The notes below the pieces were generated by a model. That model saw only the letters and a program-made list of their open reading frames with translations. It was not told the origin of the DNA and did not search any database. DNA of 55,556 bases, filler included, from Sluysia triapertura (lineage: Eukaryota), in the NCBI GenBank assembly GCA_046118255.1. It is 4 parts of 4 records of this genome, joined end to end, with 100 filler letters (N's around TTAATTAATTAA, not from the genome) between each part and the next. Parts side by side here need not be neighbours in the genome. Positions count along the whole stretch, not along the records: positions 1 to 12,950 come from JBJNIA010069728.1; positions 13,051 to 26,859 come from JBJNIA010018299.1; 2 more parts are not named here. The stretch is one strand, 5' to 3'. Shown here one piece after another: positions 1 to 13,529 of this stretch; position 1 is the first letter of the stretch; each line of letters begins with the position of its first letter. A program made the position numbers and the translations under genes.

Positions 1-364
1 TGAGTGTTTTTTGAAATAAAATTCTAGAATATTTACAATAAATTTCTAATTGGGAAATCAATGTTTTATAATACAAAGCATGTATTATTTTGGAATAATA
101 GTTGTTCGTAGGTATTTCATTATACTATAAAATATTCATTTATAGTATAATGTATACATCTGGTTCTACCTTTATTTTATTAAAAAGCCATCGAAATTCA
201 TAACTTTACGTTGTAATTTCATTGTTTTTATTGTATTATGTTTAACTGTATAATGCATTATTATTAAATCGTTCAGTGGGAGTTTAATTATTGAGTAGAG
301 CCGTTCTGGTGCACCGGTGCAAGAAAATCATTTAAAGTCCCAGTCCTATTAAAAATACTTAATA

Positions 365-934
365 ATGGTTTGGTGCATAAGTTCGTGCGAATTTTTACAA
401 TTACGAAAAATGCATACTGATCAAGAATAAAAACCATGCAAAAAATTACAGATAACAAAATGAATTTATTAAATCATTAGAAAATATCTGTCTCAATCGA
501 TCACTTCCTTCCACCGTTCTGAAAATTTTGGTCGAAAAATTCTTCAATCCACGTTATTCCTTCTTCATTTTCAAATGTTAGACCAGAAAGATAGTTCTAC
601 ATGAAGTAGAAAAGATGAAAATCTATTGGGGCTAAATCGAGCGAATATGGCCTGACCGAGGTGCATCATTTAAATCAAAATTTCCACTATTAAATTACGA
701 AAACCTCTTTGTGCTGTTTGTTCACTGATTGCTTTTTCTCCTTAAACTCAACAAAGCATTCTGGTGACTTCTGCAGCGTTAAAATATTGATGTCGGAAAT
801 GTTCATTTTTGAGGGTAATGAAAGTGAAAGTTACTGTAAAATGATTTAAATAGGTAATTCATCTGAATGAATATAATCAGTTAAAACAAAAAGTTGGTGT
901 GTTTATGCATCAAAGAATTTATATACCAACCAAA
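365..934 (-). mobile_element. Internally deleted mariner (Tc1/mariner) element
   Basis: Minus strand reads KNEHFRH..NAAEVTR (N-terminus) and PYSLDLAPIDFHLFYFM*NYLSGLTFENEE (YSPDLAP motif). Degenerate TIRs TGGTTTGGTGCATAAGTTCG / TTGGTTGGTATATAAATTC, flanked by TA. Confidence 0.85.
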
Positions 935-2650
935 TAGTTTAACTTTATTTCTTTATTTCTTCGTTTTTCTCGCCTATTTTCATCTGCTTTTAAAAAAGTC
1001 TTACATTATTTATATTATCTTCTTGAGACAAATTTGAATTTTAATATCAAATCGGAATTGCTTTCTTGGTTCCTACAAATATCTTTTTCTGGTTTCAAAA
1101 GTATTCATCTATGTAATCTCTGCAAATATCTTTAATTTTCTATTTTATGTGATGCACATTGGAAGACAATCCAACAAACATTATAACAATCGTTTGGGAA
1201 CTTCGAAGTATTATTGAAATGTTCGAATTTAACTTTATTTACAGCGGGCGCTGATTTAGGCATATTTTTGGTGGGACAGTTAACCATGAATAATAATACC
1301 AAATCAAAAACTAGAAAAAGGAATACGAACATTGTTTGAATTCTTAAAATAACGAAATGTTAAGTTTATGTTTGCACAAAATTACACAACGTTACAGTAA
1401 CAGTAGCTGCCTAAAGTTCCTAATTATTTACAATTTCCACAATCACTAAATTTATAAAAATGATTATAGAAATCGCCTGATAGCTTTGTTCGCATTCATA
1501 GTAGTGAAATCAAACAACAAATAAAATAATTAAATTGTACTAAATCAAATGAATAATTCGATTTAGTAATATTTAATGAAAATGAGTTCGCTAAATAAGC
1601 AACACTTAAAAATGTCTAAATATTGTGAAATAAGTGAATCCAGTGACATAAATAGTTGACAATTATAAAAAACATGAAAAACGAAATAATTTATTGATAA
1701 TGATTCATTACGCTGATTAATAATGTTTTTTAACAAAAATTCAATTATAACTTGAAAACATAAAATTTTTATATCATGTATTTAGAATTACTTTACAAGT
1801 TGTTATTAATAATGTGGTATTCTACATATTGTTGTGTTTGGGAGTAAAGTGTGTTTCGATTGTTTTGTGGGATTGAATTTACGACGCGGTGAATCTTTTA
1901 CAGATCATAAGGTTTTTGAACTTTACAAAATGCTGTGTTGTATTGGGTTTTATAATTGTGTTTAAATCGATTATAATTAAACAATTCTGTGTTATTCACA
2001 TATTTTAAATTAGTAAACAATTTGCATATTTTATTGTTTAATATATTTTTTGTTAAATATTAAAAAGACATTTTTTGTTTCAGAAATTTTGTAGATATTA
2101 GCGCTACATAAATTAATATTGTTAAGATTACGATTGACAAATACAACAATAAATAGATTCCGAAATTAGTTTATTTTAAATTTGGGTAACGATTTCGAAT
2201 TTCCGATCGAAGTTAATACTGTACGTATTTTATTTAAACCTTATAGTAAATATGATTTAAAATCTGGTTTAAATCCTAACGGAAGTTGAGGTCACAAGAT
2301 TTATTCGAAAAATTAATGGGCGCCTATCAATGCACCTTTGTAATATTAATCCACTACTTTTTTTAGTTTAATAAGCCTTTTATCTTTTAGTCCTACTGAA
2401 GTTCAAATTGAAACTTATTACAAAATTAATTACAATTCTTTCCTTATTCTATAATGAATAATTAATTCACTAAGTGTTACAACAACGACAATCAATCCAT
2501 AGGAGAAATTCAATAAATACTTTAACATACTTCTTTAACATTTTTCAATTTAGTTTAATTTTTGCTTTAATGATCTAATTTAACAAAACGAAGTTCGACA
2601 GATTCTCCCGAGGTACAATTATTTTTTGAACTAAATGCTAAATAATTTAA

Positions 2651-2713
<63 letters not shown>
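2651..2713. repeat. (ATT)21 microsatellite directly upstream of a splice acceptor
   Basis: Read directly; mirrored at 10238-10300. Confidence 0.95.
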
Positions 2714-2716
<3 letters not shown>

Positions 2717-2719
<3 letters not shown>

Positions 2720-2881
2720 AAAGATTTGTATGGATGGCGAGATTTAAGCGGTCAGTTTGTATATTTTGATCCAAATCTAAAAATAACCATTGCCTATCTT
2801 ACTAATCACGTGAGGGCCTTGTCTGCATCAAAAGACTTTATACATAATTCATTGTTAGACTCTATTTTTAATGTAATCTAA
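2717..2881 (+). CDS. Terminal exon of a beta-lactamase-like (LACT/serine hydrolase) protein; upstream exons not resolved, possibly a pseudogene
   Basis: cag|GKDLYGWRDLSGQFVYFDPNLKITIAYLTNHVRALSASKDFIHNSLLDSIFNVI* resembles the invertebrate LACT C-terminus (GH.G.GGQ...ADP..KL.IAYLTNH). Candidate donor GAG|gtacaa at 2612/2613. Confidence 0.6.
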
Positions 2882-3108
2882 CTTTTGTGCACTTTCTTTT
2901 TATCTTGCTGTGAATTATCGTTTTGAATGAAATGCTGTATTTTATTTTGTGAAATGCAATATAATTTTATATTTCGACGACCAAATGTGTTAAAGTTAAC
3001 TATGTAATTTTATAGTATTTATAAATTGCATTTGCTTGTTTTTTCTTATACCTAACACTAAAGCGAAATAAGTAAACTTAATGGGTTCGACTACAATCCA
3101 TGACTTAA

Positions 3109-3220
3109 CCCTTTGACTACCAATGGGACGATGGGTCCCACAGAAACTATGTTCTACATCAGTGGGTGGTTAAAAGTAGCTTTAAATAGCCTAACAGATC
3201 GTCCCAATGGTTGTGTAGTG
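3109..3220. mobile_element. piggyBac-like MITE (~112 bp)
   Basis: TTAA|CCCTTTGACTACCAATGGGACGAT ... ATCGTCCCAATGGTTGTGTAGTG|TTTA. Imperfect TIRs and TTAA-type flanks. Confidence 0.55.
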
Positions 3221-3703
3221 TTTATTGAATGACGTGAAATCAGGTGGTCGGTTACATTTTTTCAATTATGCCATGGCCATAAGTTATTAGCCAATTAAGT
3301 TAATATTATAAAATGGGACCAAAATATAAACCAATTAAATATCACGACACTTTATAAATTAAAAAATTGTTAAAGACATCGCCAAAATTTGTTAAGTCAT
3401 CTACTTAAAGGTAAAATTAGCCCCCTAAATTAAAAAAAGAGTCATTTATCGGTTTTATTTACGTAGGTCAAGAAGTTGATATTTAAATCACATGTGAACA
3501 CTGTTCATAGATATGCCCACTATACGTACAGTATCTAGATCCTGCTCAAAATTATTTTGCTGTAGATTAAGGATAAATGCACAACTTTGCTTTATTATTA
3601 TTATTATTACGTTAATTTTGATGTAAAGATAATATAATTAATTTATAAATCGGTATTTTTAACTTAAAAATTAATTAATATTTCTAATTTAAATATTATT
3701 TAG

Positions 3704-4208
3704 TTGAAATGATAACTACTACAACTACATCTACAACTACTTCAACAACTGTAACTACTACAACTAAAAATTCGTTTTTTCTGTTAATAAATAAATTCTC
3801 TCCAAACAATCTTCCATCAAATTTTGATAATCAAAACACAAATTATCATACTGAATATGTTATTTGGAAAGGTAAGTTTATATTAATATTAATAATAATA
3901 TTATTATTGTTATTGTTATAAATAACAATAAAAATACTACTATTAATAATAATGAAAAATTAAGGTCCCCAATGTTCAAATAATGAAGATTGTTATAAAC
4001 TGAAACGATTTCTTTGCACCAATATAACATCACCATCTTCATCAATAAACGATCATCGAAATTTGAATTCTTTTGGAAAAGATCTCAATAATCCAAGCCA
4101 AAAGATAAGTTCTAGTCATTCATCATCATCATCATCATCATCATTATCATCAATATCATCATCAGCAGCAGCATCTACTTCGTCAAATGATCAGTCTAAA
4201 ATTTGCGT
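3704..4208 (+). CDS. Two internal exons (3704-3871, 3965-4208) of a Thr/Ser-rich, Cys-containing, probably extracellular protein
   Basis: ttag acceptor, G|gtaagt donor, 93-nt intron, taag acceptor, gtaagt donor at 4209. The frame stays open across the junction: ITTTTTSTTT...VIWKGPQCSNNEDCYKLKRFLCTN...SSSS...SKICV. Confidence 0.6.
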
Positions 4209-5765
4209 GTAAGTCAATTCTTACCAATTCATTTCAATTTAATTTTGATCGATTAGTCACAATGTTAAATCATCAATATGATAAGTTCACATAGTAACTA
4301 GAATGGCCTCTTCAGATTTCACTTACCAGTAAACTTAATAATACTTAGGTTTTTCGCTCCCTCACTACTATTTCTTATTATTTTCTTTTCATTAAGTAAT
4401 AATTATTACTCAGTTTATTATTATTAATAATAATAATAATAATTCAATATTTTTTTACGTTAATGTAAGTTATTTATTTATTTTAAATCCTAAAATAACA
4501 TTTTTCAAATTTCAAATGGATAATTTATGCAGTCAAAAATTTATATTTTTAAACTTTTTTTGAAGTTGCAAAAAGGATTAAAAAAATTGAATCAATAAAA
4601 AATCGAAGTAAATAAATAAATAAATCTCCAACTAAGGATTATTTCTAGATTATTTCTAGATAATCTAATAATTAACAATATTTATAATATATAAAATAAA
4701 AACAATAGAACCATTGTAAATATTTTAAACCTAAATATACTATGTAATGTATAGTAAATATAAATATCAAAACTAATTAAGAATGAAAATAAATTAAATC
4801 AAATATAAGCTATCATGGACTATAACTTATTTAACTAATTGGATAGGCATAATCTTAGAATATTCAAATACTTCACCAAATCCTGGAAGAAAATGTATAA
4901 AATTCAAATAATTGTATAAAATTGTAAAAAATTGTATAAAATTCAAATAAAAATGTAATAATATTTTCATAGATTTCGTTTATTTAAACTAAAAATGTTA
5001 AACTCATCGATATTATATATCGATTAATGTGTTACGCTAATTGTATTTTATAAATTTGAAAAATGTTTAAATAATTAATTACAAAATGTAGCATAATATA
5101 AATATGAATACATTTACGTATCAATATTTAAAAATAATATTACAAATTTATTTTATTTAACAATTTAATTTAATTTAATTTAATAATTCAAAAAAATTAA
5201 TTATTTGTATTATTGTTAAAAGTATTTATTATAAAAGAAATAAATAAAAGATAATATTGAATAATGATTAATTAAAATCGGAAATTATAATTTGGTGTCT
5301 TCAAATTATGTTAAATTTATAATCTATTTATTTTATTTAATATTTTTTGGCCATCTTTATGTTTATAATTTATGGAACTATCATTCTGATTATTTGTGTA
5401 AGAAATGTTAGTTTACGAAGGTCGAGGCCGATTAAAAATTTGAAATACAATAAGAAGAGTGATAAAAATTTAAAATATAATATAAAATGTTAAGTGAAAC
5501 TTTACGAATGAATTCCACAAAGTTATGATGTTATTGACGATGTCAATATTGTTAATTATATAGAAATTTTATGATTTTGTTTATCTACGAATTTATTTTA
5601 GTTTTATCATCATTTTTAGTAAATGTTTTAGTAAATATTTTTGACTAATTTTTTTAAACTAAGTGTTCGCGATTTATATTTTAAACAATTTATTTACTGA
5701 ATGATCTTACTTTTAACTTATTTAGTAATGCAAATGCATTCTGAAATAACTAGGAATAACTAGTA

Positions 5766-6314
5766 CCGTGCTTCTCCGAAAATAAGACAGGGTTTATATT
5801 AATTTTTACTCCAAAATATGACACTGGGGTTTATTTTTGAGGGTTGTCCTTTTTTATCTATCAAAAAACAACGTTACAAAGTATAGAATTATGTCAGAGA
5901 ATTTCTAATAGATAGTCTAATTATCTCTCGCATTTATTATTTTTTGCAACCTCGAGTTGATATTCACAATGAACATTCTTAATTTAACTGATTTTCATTA
6001 TTTTAAGTCATTCTCCTGGATATTATGCGGAAAAGGAGAAATGACATAATAATTGTTAATAAAATCTTGCTTGGAGGATTGTCTGAAAGTGAATCACAAT
6101 CAGAACCTTGTTATAGTCAGTCGCAGTCAGAAAGTTAACCAGAATGCTTTAACAATGAAAGTAATTCAGAATATATTTAATTTAAAGTCAAGCCATTCAT
6201 TGGCTATTATTAGGTATCCTAATCGGCTATCAACGAGAGCTTATTTTAGGGATAGGTCTTAAATTAAAATCATCCTTAAACATCAGGCTAGGTCTTATTT
6301 TCGGGGAAACACGG
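5766..6314. mobile_element. Tc2/pogo-type non-autonomous DNA transposon (MITE)
   Basis: TA|CCGTGCTTCTCCGAAAATAAGAC ... GTCTTATTTTCGGGGAAACACGG|TA (TIR 21/23). Subterminal GG(T/C)TTATTTT..GGG repeats. Confidence 0.88.
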
Positions 6315-6636
6315 TAAGTACCTGGTGATTTGTATTTGAAAAATTATACGATTTCATAGGTTTGGATGAGAACAATATGAGAGTTTAAATTATTGAATTA
6401 ATTTTTGTNNNNNNNNNNNNNNNNNNNNNNNNNNNNNNNNNNNNNNNNNNNNNNNNNNNNNNNNNNNNNNNNNNNNNNNNNNNNNNNNNNNNNNNNNNNN
6501 NNNNNNNNNNNNNNNNNNNNNNNNNNNNNNNNNNNNNNNNNNACAAAAATTAATTCAATAATTTAAACTCTCATATTGTTCTCATCCAAACCTATGAAAT
6601 CGTATAATTTTTCAAATACAAATCACCAGGTACTTA

Positions 6637-7185
6637 CCGTGTTTCCCCGAAAATAAGACCTAGCCTGATGTTTAAGGATGATTTTAATTTAAGACCTATC
6701 CCTAAAATAAGCTCTCGTTGATAGCCGATTAGGATACCTAATAATAGCCAATGAATGGCTTGACTTTAAATTAAATATATTCTGAATTACTTTCATTGTT
6801 AAAGCATTCTGGTTAACTTTCTGACTGCGACTGACTATAACAAGGTTCTGATTGTGATTCACTTTCAGACAATCCTCCAAGCAAGATTTTATTAACAATT
6901 ATTATGTCATTTCTCCTTTTCCGCATAATATCCAGGAGAATGACTTAAAATAATGAAAATCAGTTAAATTAAGAATGTTCATTGTGAATATCAACTCGAG
7001 GTTGCAAAAAATAATAAATGCGAGAGATAATTAGACTATCTATTAGAAATTCTCTGACATAATTCTATACTTTGTAACGTTGTTTTTTGATAGATAAAAA
7101 AGGACAACCCTCAAAAATAAACCCCAGTGTCATATTTTGGAGTAAAAATTAATATAAACCCTGTCTTATTTTCGGAGAAGCACGG
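6637..7185. mobile_element. Mirror copy of the Tc2/pogo MITE
   Basis: Reverse complement of 5766-6314. Confidence 0.88.
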
Positions 7186-8742
7186 TACTAGTTATTCCTA
7201 GTTATTTCAGAATGCATTTGCATTACTAAATAAGTTAAAAGTAAGATCATTCAGTAAATAAATTGTTTAAAATATAAATCGCGAACACTTAGTTTAAAAA
7301 AATTAGTCAAAAATATTTACTAAAACATTTACTAAAAATGATGATAAAACTAAAATAAATTCGTAGATAAACAAAATCATAAAATTTCTATATAATTAAC
7401 AATATTGACATCGTCAATAACATCATAACTTTGTGGAATTCATTCGTAAAGTTTCACTTAACATTTTATATTATATTTTAAATTTTTATCACTCTTCTTA
7501 TTGTATTTCAAATTTTTAATCGGCCTCGACCTTCGTAAACTAACATTTCTTACACAAATAATCAGAATGATAGTTCCATAAATTATAAACATAAAGATGG
7601 CCAAAAAATATTAAATAAAATAAATAGATTATAAATTTAACATAATTTGAAGACACCAAATTATAATTTCCGATTTTAATTAATCATTATTCAATATTAT
7701 CTTTTATTTATTTCTTTTATAATAAATACTTTTAACAATAATACAAATAATTAATTTTTTTGAATTATTAAATTAAATTAAATTAAATTGTTAAATAAAA
7801 TAAATTTGTAATATTATTTTTAAATATTGATACGTAAATGTATTCATATTTATATTATGCTACATTTTGTAATTAATTATTTAAACATTTTTCAAATTTA
7901 TAAAATACAATTAGCGTAACACATTAATCGATATATAATATCGATGAGTTTAACATTTTTAGTTTAAATAAACGAAATCTATGAAAATATTATTACATTT
8001 TTATTTGAATTTTATACAATTTTTTACAATTTTATACAATTATTTGAATTTTATACATTTTCTTCCAGGATTTGGTGAAGTATTTGAATATTCTAAGATT
8101 ATGCCTATCCAATTAGTTAAATAAGTTATAGTCCATGATAGCTTATATTTGATTTAATTTATTTTCATTCTTAATTAGTTTTGATATTTATATTTACTAT
8201 ACATTACATAGTATATTTAGGTTTAAAATATTTACAATGGTTCTATTGTTTTTATTTTATATATTATAAATATTGTTAATTATTAGATTATCTAGAAATA
8301 ATCTAGAAATAATCCTTAGTTGGAGATTTATTTATTTATTTACTTCGATTTTTTATTGATTCAATTTTTTTAATCCTTTTTGCAACTTCAAAAAAAGTTT
8401 AAAAATATAAATTTTTGACTGCATAAATTATCCATTTGAAATTTGAAAAATGTTATTTTAGGATTTAAAATAAATAAATAACTTACATTAACGTAAAAAA
8501 ATATTGAATTATTATTATTATTATTAATAATAATAAACTGAGTAATAATTATTACTTAATGAAAAGAAAATAATAAGAAATAGTAGTGAGGGAGCGAAAA
8601 ACCTAAGTATTATTAAGTTTACTGGTAAGTGAAATCTGAAGAGGCCATTCTAGTTACTATGTGAACTTATCATATTGATGATTTAACATTGTGACTAATC
8701 GATCAAAATTAAATTGAAATGAATTGGTAAGAATTGACTTAC

Positions 8743-9247
8743 ACGCAAATTTTAGACTGATCATTTGACGAAGTAGATGCTGCTGCTGATGATGATATTG
8801 ATGATAATGATGATGATGATGATGATGATGAATGACTAGAACTTATCTTTTGGCTTGGATTATTGAGATCTTTTCCAAAAGAATTCAAATTTCGATGATC
8901 GTTTATTGATGAAGATGGTGATGTTATATTGGTGCAAAGAAATCGTTTCAGTTTATAACAATCTTCATTATTTGAACATTGGGGACCTTAATTTTTCATT
9001 ATTATTAATAGTAGTATTTTTATTGTTATTTATAACAATAACAATAATAATATTATTATTAATATTAATATAAACTTACCTTTCCAAATAACATATTCAG
9101 TATGATAATTTGTGTTTTGATTATCAAAATTTGATGGAAGATTGTTTGGAGAGAATTTATTTATTAACAGAAAAAACGAATTTTTAGTTGTAGTAGTTAC
9201 AGTTGTTGAAGTAGTTGTAGATGTAGTTGTAGTAGTTATCATTTCAA
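8743..9247 (-). CDS. Mirror copy of the Thr/Ser-rich exons
   Basis: Reverse complement of 3704-4208. Confidence 0.55.
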
Positions 9248-9730
9248 CTAAATAATATTTAAATTAGAAATATTAATTAATTTTTAAGTTAAAAATACCG
9301 ATTTATAAATTAATTATATTATCTTTACATCAAAATTAACGTAATAATAATAATAATAAAGCAAAGTTGTGCATTTATCCTTAATCTACAGCAAAATAAT
9401 TTTGAGCAGGATCTAGATACTGTACGTATAGTGGGCATATCTATGAACAGTGTTCACATGTGATTTAAATATCAACTTCTTGACCTACGTAAATAAAACC
9501 GATAAATGACTCTTTTTTTAATTTAGGGGGCTAATTTTACCTTTAAGTAGATGACTTAACAAATTTTGGCGATGTCTTTAACAATTTTTTAATTTATAAA
9601 GTGTCGTGATATTTAATTGGTTTATATTTTGGTCCCATTTTATAATATTAACTTAATTGGCTAATAACTTATGGCCATGGCATAATTGAAAAAATGTAAC
9701 CGACCACCTGATTTCACGTCATTCAATAAA

Positions 9731-9842
9731 CACTACACAACCATTGGGACGATCTGTTAGGCTATTTAAAGCTACTTTTAACCACCCACTGATGTAGAAC
9801 ATAGTTTCTGTGGGACCCATCGTCCCATTGGTAGTCAAAGGG
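9731..9842. mobile_element. Mirror copy of the piggyBac-like MITE
   Basis: Reverse complement of 3109-3220. Confidence 0.55.
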
Positions 9843-10069
9843 TTAAGTCATGGATTGTAGTCGAACCCATTAAGTTTACTTATTTCGCTTTAGTGTTAGG
9901 TATAAGAAAAAACAAGCAAATGCAATTTATAAATACTATAAAATTACATAGTTAACTTTAACACATTTGGTCGTCGAAATATAAAATTATATTGCATTTC
10001 ACAAAATAAAATACAGCATTTCATTCAAAACGATAATTCACAGCAAGATAAAAAGAAAGTGCACAAAAG

Positions 10070-10231
10070 TTAGATTACATTAAAAATAGAGTCTAACAAT
10101 GAATTATGTATAAAGTCTTTTGATGCAGACAAGGCCCTCACGTGATTAGTAAGATAGGCAATGGTTATTTTTAGATTTGGATCAAAATATACAAACTGAC
10201 CGCTTAAATCTCGCCATCCATACAAATCTTT

Positions 10232-10234
<3 letters not shown>
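10070..10234 (-). CDS. Mirror copy of the beta-lactamase-like terminal exon
   Basis: Reverse complement of 2717-2881. Confidence 0.55.
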
Positions 10235-10300
<66 letters not shown>

Positions 10301-12016
10301 TTAAATTATTTAGCATTTAGTTCAAAAAATAATTGTACCTCGGGAGAATCTGTCGAACTTCGTTTTGTTAAATTAGATCATTAAAGCAAAAATTAAACTA
10401 AATTGAAAAATGTTAAAGAAGTATGTTAAAGTATTTATTGAATTTCTCCTATGGATTGATTGTCGTTGTTGTAACACTTAGTGAATTAATTATTCATTAT
10501 AGAATAAGGAAAGAATTGTAATTAATTTTGTAATAAGTTTCAATTTGAACTTCAGTAGGACTAAAAGATAAAAGGCTTATTAAACTAAAAAAAGTAGTGG
10601 ATTAATATTACAAAGGTGCATTGATAGGCGCCCATTAATTTTTCGAATAAATCTTGTGACCTCAACTTCCGTTAGGATTTAAACCAGATTTTAAATCATA
10701 TTTACTATAAGGTTTAAATAAAATACGTACAGTATTAACTTCGATCGGAAATTCGAAATCGTTACCCAAATTTAAAATAAACTAATTTCGGAATCTATTT
10801 ATTGTTGTATTTGTCAATCGTAATCTTAACAATATTAATTTATGTAGCGCTAATATCTACAAAATTTCTGAAACAAAAAATGTCTTTTTAATATTTAACA
10901 AAAAATATATTAAACAATAAAATATGCAAATTGTTTACTAATTTAAAATATGTGAATAACACAGAATTGTTTAATTATAATCGATTTAAACACAATTATA
11001 AAACCCAATACAACACAGCATTTTGTAAAGTTCAAAAACCTTATGATCTGTAAAAGATTCACCGCGTCGTAAATTCAATCCCACAAAACAATCGAAACAC
11101 ACTTTACTCCCAAACACAACAATATGTAGAATACCACATTATTAATAACAACTTGTAAAGTAATTCTAAATACATGATATAAAAATTTTATGTTTTCAAG
11201 TTATAATTGAATTTTTGTTAAAAAACATTATTAATCAGCGTAATGAATCATTATCAATAAATTATTTCGTTTTTCATGTTTTTTATAATTGTCAACTATT
11301 TATGTCACTGGATTCACTTATTTCACAATATTTAGACATTTTTAAGTGTTGCTTATTTAGCGAACTCATTTTCATTAAATATTACTAAATCGAATTATTC
11401 ATTTGATTTAGTACAATTTAATTATTTTATTTGTTGTTTGATTTCACTACTATGAATGCGAACAAAGCTATCAGGCGATTTCTATAATCATTTTTATAAA
11501 TTTAGTGATTGTGGAAATTGTAAATAATTAGGAACTTTAGGCAGCTACTGTTACTGTAACGTTGTGTAATTTTGTGCAAACATAAACTTAACATTTCGTT
11601 ATTTTAAGAATTCAAACAATGTTCGTATTCCTTTTTCTAGTTTTTGATTTGGTATTATTATTCATGGTTAACTGTCCCACCAAAAATATGCCTAAATCAG
11701 CGCCCGCTGTAAATAAAGTTAAATTCGAACATTTCAATAATACTTCGAAGTTCCCAAACGATTGTTATAATGTTTGTTGGATTGTCTTCCAATGTGCATC
11801 ACATAAAATAGAAAATTAAAGATATTTGCAGAGATTACATAGATGAATACTTTTGAAACCAGAAAAAGATATTTGTAGGAACCAAGAAAGCAATTCCGAT
11901 TTGATATTAAAATTCAAATTTGTCTCAAGAAGATAATATAAATAATGTAAGACTTTTTTAAAAGCAGATGAAAATAGGCGAGAAAAACGAAGAAATAAAG
12001 AAATAAAGTTAAACTA

Positions 12017-12586
12017 TTTGGTTGGTATATAAATTCTTTGATGCATAAACACACCAACTTTTTGTTTTAACTGATTATATTCATTCAGATGAATTACCTA
12101 TTTAAATCATTTTACAGTAACTTTCACTTTCATTACCCTCAAAAATGAACATTTCCGACATCAATATTTTAACGCTGCAGAAGTCACCAGAATGCTTTGT
12201 TGAGTTTAAGGAGAAAAAGCAATCAGTGAACAAACAGCACAAAGAGGTTTTCGTAATTTAATAGTGGAAATTTTGATTTAAATGATGCACCTCGGTCAGG
12301 CCATATTCGCTCGATTTAGCCCCAATAGATTTTCATCTTTTCTACTTCATGTAGAACTATCTTTCTGGTCTAACATTTGAAAATGAAGAAGGAATAACGT
12401 GGATTGAAGAATTTTTCGACCAAAATTTTCAGAACGGTGGAAGGAAGTGATCGATTGAGACAGATATTTTCTAATGATTTAATAAATTCATTTTGTTATC
12501 TGTAATTTTTTGCATGGTTTTTATTCTTGATCAGTATGCATTTTTCGTAATTGTAAAAATTCGCACGAACTTATGCACCAAACCAT
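12017..12586 (+). mobile_element. Mirror copy of the deleted mariner
   Basis: Reverse complement of 365-934; PYSLDLAP at 12301. Confidence 0.85.
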
Positions 12587-12950
12587 TATTAAGTATTTTT
12601 AATAGGACTGGGACTTTAAATGATTTTCTTGCACCGGTGCACCAGAACGGCTCTACTCAATAATTAAACTCCCACTGAACGATTTAATAATAATGCATTA
12701 TACAGTTAAACATAATACAATAAAAACAATGAAATTACAACGTAAAGTTATGAATTTCGATGGCTTTTTAATAAAATAAAGGTAGAACCAGATGTATACA
12801 TTATACTATAAATGAATATTTTATAGTATAATGAAATACCTACGAACAACTATTATTCCAAAATAATACATGCTTTGTATTATAAAACATTGATTTCCCA
12901 ATTAGAAATTTATTGTAAATATTCTAGAATTTTATTTCAAAAAACACTCA

Positions 12951-13050
12951 NNNNNNNNNNNNNNNNNNNNNNNNNNNNNNNNNNNNNNNNNNNNTTAATT
13001 AATTAANNNNNNNNNNNNNNNNNNNNNNNNNNNNNNNNNNNNNNNNNNNN
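12951..13050. other. Artificial scaffold-joining spacer (six-frame stop linker)
   Basis: 44 N + TTAATTAATTAA + 44 N; the same spacer occurs three times. Confidence 0.95.
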
Positions 13051-13419
13051 TCACAACCCTTTTATTAAGGTGTTGTTAAGATAAAAGAAGATTGCACAAC
13101 TCCCTTAATGAGATGTTGTATAAAAAAAAGTTGATTTTATATTTGCACAACCCTTTTATTAAGGTGTTGTTTCAAATAAAAATGAATTTAGTATTTTATT
13201 TAATTGTGACAAAAATCTTTACTTACTTAAATCTATTAAACAAAAACAAAGTAAATCTTTGGGAATTTTTATTATTAAAAATAAACAAAACGTTTCAACA
13301 ATAATTGCTAAGAAAAATTATAATAATAATAATAATGTTTAAGTTCGATTCAACTTTGTGTTGATCGCTTTTTATTTTGTTTCTAAATTACGCGACCCTA
13401 TAATTAAGGTGTCGCAAAA
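13051..13419. repeat. Cluster of four imperfect dyad motifs, C(A/G)C(A/G)ACCC-TT..TTAAGGTGT(T/C)G
   Basis: Copies at ~13051, 13092, 13143 and 13388; related copies at ~35009 (reverse) and ~40137. Confidence 0.7.
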
Positions 13420-13529
13420 AATTATCAAATTTTAAGTTAAATTTTAAATATCCCACTTAGGGTGATATTTTGAACCTTATAGAATAAAAAATTACTTGTT
13501 TGTCATGGAATACATTAATATAAATTTCT

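Larger units (their letters stand above)
1..12950. repeat. Perfect inverted duplication: arm 1-6408, 134-N gap 6409-6542, reverse-complement arm 6543-12950
   Basis: Begins tgagtgtttttt and ends aaaaaacactca. All three S1 ORFs are mirrored (1132/11619, 3709/9030, 6053/6689). The (ATT)21 tract has the same length in both arms. Confidence 0.97.

Noticed and set aside
1132-1332. 66-aa ORF and possible hAT remnant around 295-1330
   Set aside because: No convincing motif, TIR pair or TSD.
5340-5495. TM plus basic segment as the next exon of the 3704-4208 gene
   Set aside because: No suitable in-phase acceptor found; hydrophobic frames arise easily in T-rich DNA.
6053-6262. 69-aa ORF and its mirror at 6689
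   Set aside because: TTG start, inside a MITE, no transposase motif recognised.
12951-13050. TTAATTAATTAA palindromes as biological sites, and synteny across them
   Set aside because: Identical N44-linker-N44 spacers are assembly joins, so neighbours across them cannot be treated as linked.
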